Positions 14,359 through 27,687 of a stretch of DNA of 64,000 nucleotides are shown piece by piece. The notes beneath the pieces are model-generated. The model was not told the origin of the DNA. It worked only from the letters and a program-made list of their open reading frames with translations, and did no database searches. The stretch is taken from NCBI GenBank assembly GCA_964247055.1, contig OZ176053.1, positions 2,294,001-2,358,000 of the forward strand, read 5' to 3'. The stretch's first letter is position 1. Every line of letters begins with the position of its first letter. A program made the translations under genes and the position numbers. Origin of the DNA: Paragordius varius. Taxonomy: Eukaryota; Animalia; Nematomorpha.

Positions 14359-15936
14359 CCTGTTTTTATATTTTCTCAATCACATTTCGCATTCTCACTG
14401 CAGCTAATACTTGTAAATCAAAACATCTTTTTTTCAAAAAAAATTAGTATCAAATAGTTTATAAATGCTTTAAATGAAACCAATAAGGTAAAATGATTTA
14501 TAAACGCTTTAATTATAACCTTTTCTTAAAATTGATTTATACTAACAGGTTATAATGAAATTGCAATATTTCCATTCACCTTTTTTAACATTTAATTTTG
14601 ATAAATCTTATATATAACCTAATTTAGCCCACTGCATAATTAATTCTTACTCAAAATCTTTAGCGTTGATAACAAAATAATTATATATATATATTAATAT
14701 TAAAAATTATTTCATTAGATTTTTAAATGTTACACTATTTCACACATCTCATATATTATATTTATATTGAATTTTAACCTTGTTTAACATCCTTTCATTT
14801 TCAGCATATATTCCCAAAACATACCATTATTAATATTTTTAAAAGCTGAAAAAACAAATAAATTTTCACGTAACTCTTATATACTTTCATTTAATAATAT
14901 TTTGAAAATAAAATCAAATATATTTGGGTTTCATTTTCAAGTGGGAACTGTTTTTTCTTTTATTTGCACAGAAGGTATGAATAAGAAATTTCAATCAATA
15001 ACAACTAAGCACTATCATTAGTATTTTAAAATTAACTTACTTTTTTGAAACACGTATCCGTTTGTGTTGCAGATAATTTGTTAAAAAATAAATTGGTTTT
15101 ATAACCTTTAATGTCATTATCTAATTATTATTCTGGCCGAAATAGGCATCAAACCCTTTGTTGCCATGTTAAACTTGCATCATTGGGATTCCTTATTTAT
15201 TCATTGGTAACGTTTATGATTCATATTTTGCTTTTTTGAAATTAATATAAATGTACATTGTTTTTTGTTTGTATAATGTAAAATATGGTTACTATGGTGA
15301 TTAATTATATAATATGTAAAATAACCTAAGAATTTATGCTTTTGATGGTATATCAGGTTGAAATGTCAGGATTTAATTATTAAAAAGTTTCTTATGACCT
15401 AATTCAGTATTAGTGGTAATATTAACACATGTTTATATTTTTTATTTGTTTTTAAGAGCTGTCACAGTCACGGTTATCAATACATTTATTAAAATGAGCT
15501 AATGTGTATCTTTACTATTTAATAAAAAGAGGAAAATGATTAAGAAACTTACACACTAAAAATTACAGAGTATTATGGGATCTGTAATTTAATTCATTTT
15601 ACTTACTATTGTACATAATTTCAGTTCACCTGGAAACGCTTTTTATTAAATTTAAACAAGTTAATTTATAAAAGCGGTCACGGTCCTAATTAGATTCATT
15701 AACTTTTTGTAGATGTTTTGGTTCAACAAAATAATTAAACCGCCATTTTTATATGGATCCAAAAAATTTAAAAATCATGAATTAAAGAATATGGCCTCTT
15801 AAATATGATAAAAGAGACAATTACAATTTACGTAAAAATGCAAAACTTTTTTATTGAATAGGTAATTTTATACAAAATTTTACGAAATCCAATAAATATT
15901 TTTTATTTGAATATAATTCGTTTTAAATGCATAAAA

Positions 15937-17224
15937 ATGGATAAAGTAAACCTTAAAACAATCCAGATAACGCTTAATTATTATTATTATGATAGATTTT
16001 GAATGCCATCGTTTTGATCATTTTGATTTGGCTTTCATCCAAAACAGCCAATGAATATAATAATCATGTTACGGCGACAACTTTTTACCCAACTTCTGTC
16101 TTCTCGAGTGTAACGGATGATTTTTCAGTCGAAAAAAGGCAACATAATGAAGTGTTTGATTTTGGACCGGGCCATTCAGACGATAATGGCCCCGTAGATA
16201 CGAATGGGCGCAAACATTTTAGTTTCCATAACATGTTTATGGATCAAATGAAGAAATTTGGCATAATTCCAAGTACAGTAACGAGCACTGTTATTTTAAG
16301 TGGCTTAAAGCAGTGGTGCCTGACACGTAGGCCGCATGCGATGCTCTGAGACATTTTGTGTGGCTCGCGAAAGCTTGGAAAATTTGCAAAAATATGCACA
16401 CAAATCTTAATAAAATTGGAATTTTTTAAGCTAATTTCTTAAAATAAGTTTATCCTTTTGACAAACAAATTGTTATATTATTTGTTTATTTTATGTTTGA
16501 TAAAAATATTTATCAAAACCCATTAATAAATCATTCATATTCGGCCGACAAAGCCATTTGTCTTGGATAGCCCTGGTTTAAAGGGTATTTAATTATGGAT
16601 GGTGGTTTTGTATGATATTTATGTTTGGGTACATTTCTCAAATTTGTCTAGAACAGTATTTAATACTAACAAACTAAAAATCTCATACATGGCTATTGAC
16701 ATGTACAAATGTTTAATAGTATATTTTTTCATGCATACTATTTTTATCCGAAATAGGTCAACTTGTGAGTTTTGCGTTTTTAGTGCTGACTGGGATAGTT
16801 ACATCCTCCATCGCTATATATGCTGTGAAAAGGGTATTTAGATAATTTAAACAATAAAAATTTTCGAAATCTTATTTTATTTATTTGATGATTGTAGGAA
16901 ATAGCCAATTTGTTAATACCACATTTATGTTTAATGGGCATTAATGCATTGGTAACAATCCACAATTTTTTGGATCCTAAAATGGTTGGAACAATGGTAT
17001 TTCAAAAATTTAATATCTTCTAGGTTGGACCTGGAAAAGTTAGATTGTCCGGGTTTGTTTCCTTTTTGCAATTTATTTTGTCGATATGGATTCAAGTAAA
17101 CATCAAATCCAAAAATTTATATATATAGGTCTACTTTTTAAGCGTTATTGCAAGATGCCACAGATTTTTCAGGGAAAAATCCAATGAAGATGTTCCATTT
17201 GCTGATAAGCGAAATGCCATATAA
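15937..17224 (+). CDS. Predicted four-pass membrane protein, LAPTM4/Mtp-like; 6 exons: 15937-15945, 15996-16272, 16757-16833, 16898-16996, 17024-17095, 17129-17224
   Basis: Continuous spliced frame MDK|ILNAIVLIILIWL...FGIIP|SQLVSFAFLVLTGIVTSSIAIYAVKR|EIANLLIPHLCLMGINALV...|VGPGKVRLSGFVSFLQFILSIWIQ|VYFLSVIARCHRFF...*. Four hydrophobic segments; the last resembles LAPTM TM4 (xYLISCVWNCYRY). Family assignment is by eye. Confidence 0.65.
16311..16575. mobile_element. hAT (Buster/Charlie-like) MITE in intron 2 of the LAPTM-like gene
   Basis: Ends CAGTGGTGCC / GGATAGCCCTG with near-perfect 8-bp TSD GCTTAAAG / GTTTAAAG. Relatives at 13336-13642, 25240-25471, from 25974, and 57490-57692. Confidence 0.72.
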
Positions 17225-17500
17225 ATATGATTTTAAAAAAACTTTTAATTGCAAACCGTAGTTCTAAATTAAACTTTGTTATAATTAAATTAAAATAAAT
17301 AGCAAATGAAACTCAAGTTTAAATCTTAAAATTCAAAAGGTTCGAACCAACTCACGATTGTATTTAAAATCCTGAGTGCTAAAATGTTTACAATATCGCA
17401 GAGATACAACCCCTTATAAATAAATAAACCAGTGTATAAATTAGGTACAAGAAAAAATTTATTATAACACATACTAAAACATATACAAGCGTGTTTTGGT

Positions 17501-17516
17501 AGCCCTAAAAAGGGCT
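17501..17516 (-). promoter_or_regulatory. Histone mRNA 3' stem-loop (variant)
   Basis: Minus strand CCCAAC-AGCCCT-TTTT-AGGGCT-ACCAAA: 6-bp stem, 4-nt loop, 82 nt after the H3 stop, with A/C-rich flanks as in the metazoan SLBP site. Confidence 0.85.
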
Positions 17517-17598
17517 GTTGGGTGTAGAATAGAATAAATCTCATACAATAGAGATGTATAACGTCTTTTGCATTATAGTATGATGCAAAAAGTACTTC

Positions 17599-18012
<414 letters not shown>

Positions 18013-18094
18013 TAAAGTAGCGTTAAGTGAAATTAAAAGAGTAAAAATATAAAGCGCAAAAAAACGTTATGAGATAGGAAATGTTTTTTCTTGC

Positions 18095-18141
18095 TATTTA
18101 TATATGCCAGAACAATAAAAAGGCGCAATGAATTTGATTGG
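18095..18141 (-). promoter_or_regulatory. H3 core promoter: TATA box and CCAAT box
   Basis: Minus strand TATATAAATA at 18104-18095 and CCAAT at 18141-18137, upstream of the H3 ATG. Confidence 0.6.
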
Positions 18142-19563
18142 TCCACGCACATTTTGGCGCATTTGCTAAATGTTGAGAAATATGTGAGTGTGTTGTGTTT
18201 TTGTGTTTGTTTCATTTTTTATATCCCTCTTTTATTTTATTTTGCTTTGCTTTAAAAATAGCATATTTTAACAAATAAAGTTTTTTAAGTGTTTACAAAA
18301 ACAATTTAATAAATATTAAATAAAGTATAAGGTGATTATCGTCATAATAGGTAAAAAGGTATATTGTATTGTTTTGAATAAAAGTTCATTTATATACTTT
18401 AATAATATCTTAAATGATAAACGAAAACAGATTTAACCGTTTAATGTTAAATCCAATTTTATTTCCAACAAGTTTAAATTATTTTTAATCAAAGCTAAAA
18501 CTAACTAGATTTATAATTTGTATAGGCTAAAATAATAGATAAAATTGTCCCTAATGCTTCTAAATATTTTTATTCAAAATGCGTTGCCGAAAAATAATTT
18601 TGCAAAAAAAATTGGCAAAAATAGCACGGTTTTTTAATATTCATATCTCATAAAATACAAAATTATTAAAAAAATATAAAATATTTAAATAACTCATAGA
18701 GTTATGTCAGAATTGCAAACCTGGCCTCAATGGAACGACACCGTTTAGTTTTGCAATTTATATTTGGAACCGGTTTTAAGTTCATTTATAATTTCTCAGA
18801 GAATTTTTTACATTGTAATAAAAGTTTTTTGGAAAAATATAAAAACTTAATGCATTATAAACAAACGTAATAATATATTAATATATTCTATTTATTATCA
18901 TATTTTTTAAATTGTGGTGAAAGTGGTTAAATCCAATGGAACCTCTCGCCCACTAGTTTAAGGAAGCGGGTTTAGGATTTATTTCCGGTTCTAAGCCCAA
19001 ACACCCTAAAACTCTTCAGGAAAAAAGCTTTTGATTTCAGTTTTAAGCTCTGTACTTTTACATAATTTATGTGCAATTTGGAAGGCGTGATAGTTGGTGT
19101 GTAGATGGGCGGACCCTTAGATGTGAGTGTTTAAATTAGCAGAATAAAAATCCCGAAACTACGCAATGTTTATCACTTTCAACCCTAAGAAAGCGAATGT
19201 TAAAAAATTTACAAGTTTGATAAAATATAGTCGTTATCCTCTGATAAAAAGGGAAAAGAAACTTCAAACTGCATATTTTTGTTTAACTTAAAATGTACCT
19301 TATAGCAGTTTAGCCCTAATTTATTCTATCCAATGATATTTACTCAGCAATTGTGCATTGATTTACACGAAAACACAGGAATAAGTTAGCAAAAACTATA
19401 AGAGAAAGTAAATAAAATCTTTGATACTGAACAGAGTATTTTAAGTTTTTTTTTTAAAAACCTTTGACAACTTTAAAGCCAATATAAAAGAATGACATGT
19501 AAACATTTCCGCCTAATTATAACATGGTTCGTACCAAATTAATATTTAAAAATCATATACTTA

Positions 19564-20188
19564 TATGGCATTTGCACTTCAAGAGTGTCCTTGAACACTT
19601 CAGATTGGTTTTTGAAAAATAATTGGTCCTTGAACACTTCAAGTTTGTCCTTGAACACAAGTTCCTTAAAATTTTTAAATTTTAATTTAATCATAATATT
19701 TGCATTTATTTTTTTATTTTATTATTTTTTAACCTAATTTTCTTTATTAATTTTATATTTATTCATTTAAAAAAAATTATTCAAAAACACTTTTCTGTTT
19801 CAAACTAATTTTTTAATTAACAAAATTATTAACTTTTAAATGTTTTCAATGATGTAATAATAACCCAAAAAACTTGTATATTTTTAATTACGTGTCAAAT
19901 TCTTATAAATATTTTAAATAATTTAGAAAAATTAATAAAGATATACGGTTTCTGAATGAATAAAAGTTTATAATGATTTAAAATTTATGCGAAATAATAG
20001 AAAATATGTTAATAACAATAAACTAAATGAATGATATATGATTTAATTGATAAAAGTTAAAAACAAAACAAAAAAGTCAAAGGACCAACTTGAAGTGTTC
20101 AAGGACCAACTTGAAGTGATCAGGGACCAACTTGGATTGTTCAAGGACCACTTGAAGTGTTTAAGGTTCTTGAAGTGCAAATGGTATA
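19564..20188. mobile_element. MITE family B (TIR TACCATTTGCACTTCAAG, 21-bp CACTTCAAGTTGGTCCTTGAA repeats)
   Basis: Inverted ends with tandem 21-mers at 19580-19670 and 20080-20180. A second copy (~28929-29362) and a fragment (~28790-28870) lie in TRMT10 intron 4. Confidence 0.78.
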
Positions 20189-21569
20189 TCATTGGATATG
20201 TATGAACTTCAATGGTAATAATAAATGCAATTAAAATGGAAAAAAATATTTTAACATTAATGGTTCTAGGCAATATCATAAAATTGCATTTTCATAGTAG
20301 ATGTAGTCGAAGAAAAATAAATAAAATAGAGTAAAACGCGTCGACCAATTTTATTTGTAAATATGTTTATAAAGAATGTCCCAAATTTATAATATTAATT
20401 ACAATATTTTTAAAAAGTTCTTCTTGTATTTTATTGCCATTATGCGGTAAAGGTTTCAAATTTTAATTTCATTTGGAGACCCAATATTTCACGCTCAAAA
20501 GATTAAGCTTTATAAATAGCATATAAGAAAAAACTATATAAAAATAAAGTTATATAAACTAGAAAATATTCCATGCAAACTTATAGTTCAAAATTAATAG
20601 TAATTTTTTCTAATATTATATATTCGTTTTAAAATTTGGCAAAAGTTCATGAAATGTTAGATTTGATTATCAATGAATTTTCGATAAAAGATTGAATTGA
20701 TGTTTTATTAAGGTGACCAGATTTTTTGAAGGAAAAAGCGGGACAAATCTTAAAAGGGGCATTGGGGGGTACAACCAAAAATTTTTATACAAAAAATTCA
20801 TTGTAATATTTATTTATTTTTAACACAAATACATTATAAATATAAAAAAATTTGTACCTTACAGGTTGTTTGTACCTTATTCAAAATATTTACATGTGCA
20901 CGAACAAATGGTGAAGTGATTGTAATTTTCTAGAAAAAATTAATAAACACGAAATCATCACAAAGTGCGCTGAAAATGCTTGGATATTGAAGAACTGTTG
21001 GTTAGCTCTTTTGCAAGCGATTGAAATATTTATAAAAATGTGATCTCCTAAAATCCTATTTTTTATCACAGGACTAAGGTCAAAATTCCAAGTCAAAAAA
21101 GGTTAGAAAATAATTTTATACCATTACCTATCGCAATATTATAAAGCATCCAGAAAAACAAGGCTCATAGCCAGAATATAAAAATGTTTATAACAGAAAC
21201 GATTATTTGGAAGACAAGACGGTGCACAATGACACTTTTTTATGAAGTCTCATTATTAAATAAATCTATTGAATAAAAACTTATATTATGGACAACAGAA
21301 AAAAATACGTAGGATAGAAATGTTTGAAATAATCATCTTTAAACAAATTATGTTCCATACAATAATGATTAATTGAATTTGCATTATCTTTACCTGAACC
21401 ACTGCTATTAAACGCGTTTTTCCACAGTATATTAAGTAAGGACACGGAATCAAATAAATGTTGAATAAAAGCCATTTTATTTGTTCAAATATAATTTGAC
21501 AAATTATGAAGACTATACAATATTTTAAGTAATTTTGTTAATTTTTTAACACAAAAACTTAAAAAAAAA

Positions 21570-23401
21570 TATTTCTTTGGTATATTTTTTGTTTGAGTGA
21601 ATGCGTTTTAGCAGATTGTCATCTTAAAATATTGTAGATATTTGTCAAATTATATTTGACAGATAAAACGGCCTTTAAAGTTTCAACATTTAAATTTGAT
21701 TTTTCCGATGTCCAGACTGTGGAAAAAACGCGCTCAATAGCAGCGTTGGTTCCAGATAAAGATAGTGCCAATTCCACAATTTTAATATATTATTGTATTT
21801 AATATAGTTGGCTTCAAAATGATGAAATATTCCAACCATTTCTTTTCTACTGTATATTTTTCTTTTGTCCATAATTTAAGTTTTTCATAATTAATATATC
21901 TTTCAACTAATGATACTACAGAAAAAAGATCATTTTCTGAAAGATTAATTTTTGAGAATTTTTGGGAGCAGATATAATCAAATGATTTTTTAACTTCGCA
22001 CCAATTAAATTCCGATTTTAATGTTATCCAATGAAAATAATCAATATTGTGTCCTCCAGTCTTCCAAATCATCTTTGCAGTTGTATAAAACATTTTTATA
22101 TGATACAGGATATCTTGGCAATTTATTAAGCCTTGTTTTTCTAAATTATTTATTATATTGCGGATGGTTAATGGTATAAAGTTATTTTCTAACAGTTATT
22201 GACATTGCAATTTTAGGTTATTAACTTCATTGGCTATTCGATTGCCGAAATTTTGTCACCTTCTATAAATTTAATAACATTTTGAAAGAGAGAAGCTTGA
22301 TTATGTAAGAATTCTAACCATATTTTTGAAGAATCACTTTCAAAAAACTTTTTTAAAGTTGTAGGACATTTGTCCTGTGATAAAAAATAGGATATTAAAG
22401 GATCATACATTTTTAAAATTCTTTCGATAGCTGGCAGAAGAGCTAACCAACGAGTTTTACAATATCCAAGCATTTTTTTATTAAACTTCTGCATTTTCAC
22501 AGAATTAGTTAAGCGTTTCAACGCGTACCGTGTATATATAAAAAAGATATATATTTTAATAACTAAATTTTCCACATCTAGGGGTAACAAATCAGTAGCT
22601 GTTTGATTAGCGTTGTGTAAATGCGCTGCACACCCAATGCCAATAATGTTTTGATTAAGATTATCTGCTAATTTAGGAAAAATATTTTTTGTTCCCCTCC
22701 TTGCTTTTCCACCAAAGTTCGTATTGGTGTTGTCAGCGCAATATGCGATAATTTTGTCTCTTAAATTTTTTTTTCTAGAATATGCATTATTGAAGTAAAT
22801 ATTATTTCGAAATTTTCACCGGTAGAGATATTAAATCTAAAATTTTAATTTTTACTCCGGTTTCTGAATCCAAATATTCTTATTAAAGCGGGAAATAATT
22901 TTGTTTTATGGAGATTTGATGCATCAGAGTAGAGGGATAAAAAATTAATTTTCAGCAAATCTTTTTGTATTTCAGATAATGCATGTGGCGAAAGGACATT
23001 TCACACAATGGCTTCAGCCTTTGTACGGGCACATGTAATTTTTTTATGGAATAACGTGCGAATAACTTGTGAGGTACAATCCATAGATCTAAAGGAATGA
23101 TTATGATTAACGGCGTGAAAAGATAAAACGCCTTCGGCTAGTGCCAAATTCTTTTCTTCCTCTCCAAAAGCGGTTTTTCGATAAAAATCGCTCATTTTGT
23201 AAGATGATGCCGCCATATCCAACATTTTTTTGTGTTTCTTTGTTTCCATATGCTTTGTAATATCATGCTTGCCGCCATGTGCTAGGGTGAATTCCCCCTC
23301 GCATATAGACATTTAGCAGATGATTCATTCTTCGTTTTTTTGATAAAAGGAAAATCTTTCATTAATTCATCGTTGAATTTCCAACCTCTTTTTGTGCTCA
23401 T
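21570..23401 (-). pseudogene. Frameshifted hAT transposase
   Basis: MSTKRGWKFN...KC(frameshift)ICEGEF...HDITKH zinc finger, SDASN, CADNTNTNFGG, GIGCAAHLHN, KTRWLAL and GTNAAIERVFS pieces lie in different frames with stops. Confidence 0.85.
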
Positions 23402-23455
23402 ATTTATAAACTACTATTAGCATAATAGATATTATATTACCTTAATATTCTGGAA

Positions 23456-23790
23456 TAAACGTGTAAGGTACCGATTTGTGGTATCAATTTGTCTTTTAAG
23501 CTACCGATTTGTGGTATTAATTTGGCTTTTTAATAATGTTGGCAAATAATAAAGCTAAAATATAAGTATATGGAGTAAACGTGTAATGTACCGATTTGTG
23601 GTATCAATTTGTCTTTTAAGCTACCGATTTGTGGTATTAATTTGGCTTTTTGATATAGCAAGTAATAAAACTAAAATATTAGCATAGTAAATATTATATT
23701 ACCTTAATTTTCTGAAATAAACGTGTAAGCTACCGATTTGTGGTATTTGTCTTTTAATCTAGAGATTTGTGGTATTAACTTGGCTTTTTG
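23456..23790. repeat. Three ~120-bp tandem units, each with two TACCGATTTGTGGTAT motifs, in the hAT 5' region
   Basis: Direct repeats start near 23456, 23576 and 23718. Confidence 0.8.
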
Positions 23791-26459
23791 ATAATGATCA
23801 CAGTAGTAGTAAGAAGCAAAGTGTATAATCACATGATATAAATTCGAAAAAAATAAATATTTTTAATTTAAAAATAAAAATTATAATTTAAAATTGAATA
23901 GATTTTGAAGATATTTAGTGATAAAAAGATTATTTGTATTAAAAAAAAATTTTTTAGTAATCGTGAAAAAGCGGGACATTTTAAAAACGTAGCGTAGGCG
24001 GGACAAAGTGTGAAAAAGCGGGACTGTCCCGCCAAAAGCGGGACGTCTGGTCACCTTATGTTTTATCCATATACAATACACCATTAAATAAACCTACTAT
24101 AGTTCTTCCTGGTAATTATCATTTTTAGGCTCTTTTTGGCAATGTTAACGAGAATAATCAAGAGTTATTTTCATTGTCGTATTATTTACAATCCTATGTA
24201 TGAAATTTCTTAAAATATTTATTGTGCCCATCTGTTTATAGTATCCCACCGGATTTTTTAAGTTTAAAATAAGGCCTGTAAAACCATTTGTGATTGTAAT
24301 TAACAATATATTTCATGCTATTTTAACAACATTAATATTTTTTATATAAAAATAGCATCTTCTATAGGATAATTAGAATGCGAAAAAGATGTACAGCTGT
24401 ATTTGAAATCTGATGGATTCAAGTTCGCTACCATAACCATTTTTTTAACCCTTTGAGAATAACTAAATTAATAAAAAAAGTGATGATTTTGAGCACAAAT
24501 AAAGATCTTATTTTAGATGTAGCTATAATTTTGTACAATCATTCATGGGAGTTATGAGATAAATATCTTTTTTTAAAAATATAATTAAGGAATATTTGTT
24601 AAAAATAATTAATTGCTTTAAAATTCGATTTCTGATATCTAATAAATTATTTCCAATTTTAATCGAATGATGGTATACTTCTATCAACTAGCATCACAAT
24701 CGTAATGCGTAAAATTTATCTGTTTTCCTGTAAAAAATGATAAAAATTTAAGATCAATATCATTAAACTTATATTAATGTTAAAATCCCCATAGAAAGCT
24801 TATTTGGATATATGAGTTTATGTAGTTTAAGAGTATTTACTCAAAAAATTAAATAACTCAAATAAACTTTGCATGAATCCTGCAGTTACAGGACATGGAA
24901 TTAAAAACTTATTACTACAAAGGACTAATAAGAATTTATCTACTAAAGTTATTTAACGGTGATCGGCCTATAAAAAATAAATTTATTAATTTTTTAAATT
25001 ATTTTAACCATTTATTTTCAATCAAATAAATCTAGAAAACAATGCTGCAAACAAATAAGTGTTGAATAATTGACATACCAGCAAACTGTAGTAACTTCCA
25101 TAAGATATGACTTTATTTTTATATAATTTAGTTATCAACAATTTAAGTTTTCCTTTGCATAAAAAATATGCACATTCATAGATTGTAGATATAAAGTGAA
25201 AAGCGTGATACACCTTATTTTTTGTAAAAGATTTTAAAACAGAGGTGGCCAACATAAGCTTCGCGCGCATTTTTGGATCAGGAAATGTTAGCCGCATTCG
25301 CAAAATACTTCCAAATATTTTTACCATTTATTTAAATAATTTTCGCTCATTGCCAAAATTTGGAATTCAGAAAATTTGCTTAATAGAATCATTTTTACTT
25401 AGATTTCGTAAAATTTTGTATTCGAGTGGGCTGCAGAAATATTCCAAAGGACCGCATGATGGACATCCCTGTTTTACACATAATCGTCATTAAATAGTAT
25501 TACCACATTATTTTTTAAGCCAATATTTTATTATGGAATATAATTATTTAGTAAATTTTTAGAGGAATGTTATCTTTCCATAACTCCGAGAGGGATATTT
25601 ATTTAAACAAAGTTACAGTAAATGGTTAAACTTGATAAATATATAAATTTTCATCGATAAATGTGTCATGATTCTCACGGTGCTTTTGTTTTGTGCCTTA
25701 CGAAAGATTTATAAATGTTATTAGACTTTTATGTGGATAGATATATTAAAAAATCGTAAAATTTGCGCGCATTAGGTTTTATTATAAGTTAATGCATTAT
25801 TAAATATATGATACATCATATGCTACATAAAAGCAAAATAATATTTTTTATAAAGTTTTAATTTTTAGATGTAGGCTCCGAAAGTCTCAAAATTTTTGGC
25901 CCTTTTGAAATAAGTCAAGTTTCTTGAAGTAAGCTCAAAAATGTGCGATACTATTTTTTATTAAATGCTAGATCAGGGGTGTCCAACATGCGGCCCGCAA
26001 AAATTTGGCTGATTACCTAATAAATCCGAATTCCACAATTTCAAAAATATGTTCACAAAGTACCAGTAAAATCGGTGTTTTGTAAACCATTTTTCTGAAT
26101 AAATCTTTCTAATTTTTAACGTACCAGCAAAAATCCGTCAAATAAATAGTAGTTATATATTCGCCATTTTTTTACAAACTTCCTAATATTACGCTGACAA
26201 TGTTCAAAATTATTTTTACATCTTGTATTTATCATAAAAATAAAACCGTTTTTACTGACTGAAAAAACGTTTTTTCTACAGGGAAATGGTATATTGTATT
26301 TTTCGCAAAAACGGATATTTAAACACGAACAAATAATTAAATTTAAATCATGGTACTCGCCAAACAATGAAAAGGGCGGTTGATAATATTAAAATTTGGC
26401 ATATTTGCAGATATTTATGCTCCGAATAAGGCAGCAAAAAACTTTATGCATAAAAAACA

Positions 26460-27590
26460 AGCATTTTTAGGCCATCTCGGCCCGTAGCTTGTACCACTGC
26501 TTCAAAATAGCATAAAATGCCGGTTTTGAAGTGGCACCGGTTGACGCAAAATGGGCGAAATCCTATCCTCCAGGCTAGAATCGAACAATGACTGTACAAC
26601 CACATAGATTCCCATCTTTAAAACTTACCGGAAGAATTTTTATAAACTGTGACCAACTGGGCTCTTGAAGAGCTGATGAACGCGATAAGGATTATACCCT
26701 AAAAACCTCGAACACTTTTAAGCTCCTGACAACAAGGAAACGCACCAAAGTTACTAATCCTCCGTTAGAGACCAACGCAAAACTCACTCCCTGCTAACGA
26801 TGACATCGGTACCGCTGATATTTGAGGGCACCAAATTCAACTTTTATTTGAACCGGATACTTTGCTCCAGATAGAATGGTACTATTGCGAAGTCGGTAGT
26901 ATTTTAAGGTTAAACCCCACTGCAGGATAAGGTATAAACTTTTATTTTACAACACTCTGTTAAAGTCAATTGGTATTAATGTAATATCTAAAACTAAATC
27001 TGTTTATGGTAAACACCTATATTACAGTTAATTAATAATATGGACTGCTTCTTACAGATATCCCAAGAACAAAACGTACCACTGAAAGCCTAAATCATGC
27101 AAGACGCTACTCTGACCAGACTATTAGCCAATCATTATGAGACGACATCCTAAGTACAACTGAAACATGGTCGTAGGAAGGGTAATATTGACGCTTGTAT
27201 CTCTAAAATTGGCCTACCTTAAAGGCCACACTCATTTAGTAGCAAAAGAAAACCCCTTCCACACCAAAGATAAAATTAAAATTAACCCTACATTTGACCT
27301 GTCATAAACCTTTGACATTACTTTTTAAAGTAAGGATCAAACCCTATTTGTATGGTTATTTAAACTCAAATATTGCTTTTACCTACCTACAAGGCAAAAT
27401 TAACATTTCTTTTAATATATATTTATTAACTCATATTAACACATCTAACATGAAGACATTTATATATGTATGTAGATACTAACGTCAAACCCAACCCCCG
27501 ATGTGTCTCCCCGCTCTGAAGCTCAATGCCTACGGGTGAGTAGGGATTGCCTTGACCGCAGGTGGCCAACGATCTTCCGAAGCTACACAC
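26460..27590 (+). mobile_element. Heavily decayed I-group LINE 3' part (RT C-terminus, RNase H, Cys/His region, 3' UTR)
   Basis: GC-richer island. Broken frames give SLYHCFKIA*NAGFEVAPVDAKWAKSYPP (similar to HH.G.R.A.GAFRTSPV.SL.AE...P), WTASYRYPKNK (similar to W.PSH.GI.GNE) and LAYLKGHTHL (similar to L.RLR.GHT.L). Confidence 0.55.
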
Positions 27591-27687
27591 TCTAATTGTT
27601 TACTTGTAATTTTACAATATATTTAAAGATTCTAGATTTTAACAAAAATTTTAAAATATGCTGGTTATGATACATTCATTAATTTAA

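Larger units (their letters stand above)
20709..24058 (-). mobile_element. Near full-length decayed hAT DNA transposon (Blackjack-like), 3350 bp
   Basis: TIRs TAAGGTGACCAGA / TCTGGTCACCTTA, perfect 8-bp TSD TGTTTTAT (20701-20708, 24059-24066), subterminal AAAAAGCGGGAC repeats, and hAT transposase fragments inside. Confidence 0.93.

Noticed and set aside
16150-16215. KR-QHNEVFDFGPG...G-RK as a neuropeptide precursor
   Set aside because: The frame splices on into three hydrophobic helices, favouring a multi-pass membrane protein.
26500-26600. Hairpin plus GTTCGATTC B-box-like motif as tRNA, ribozyme or Helitron end
   Set aside because: No A box, cloverleaf or hammerhead core; better explained as decayed LINE coding sequence.
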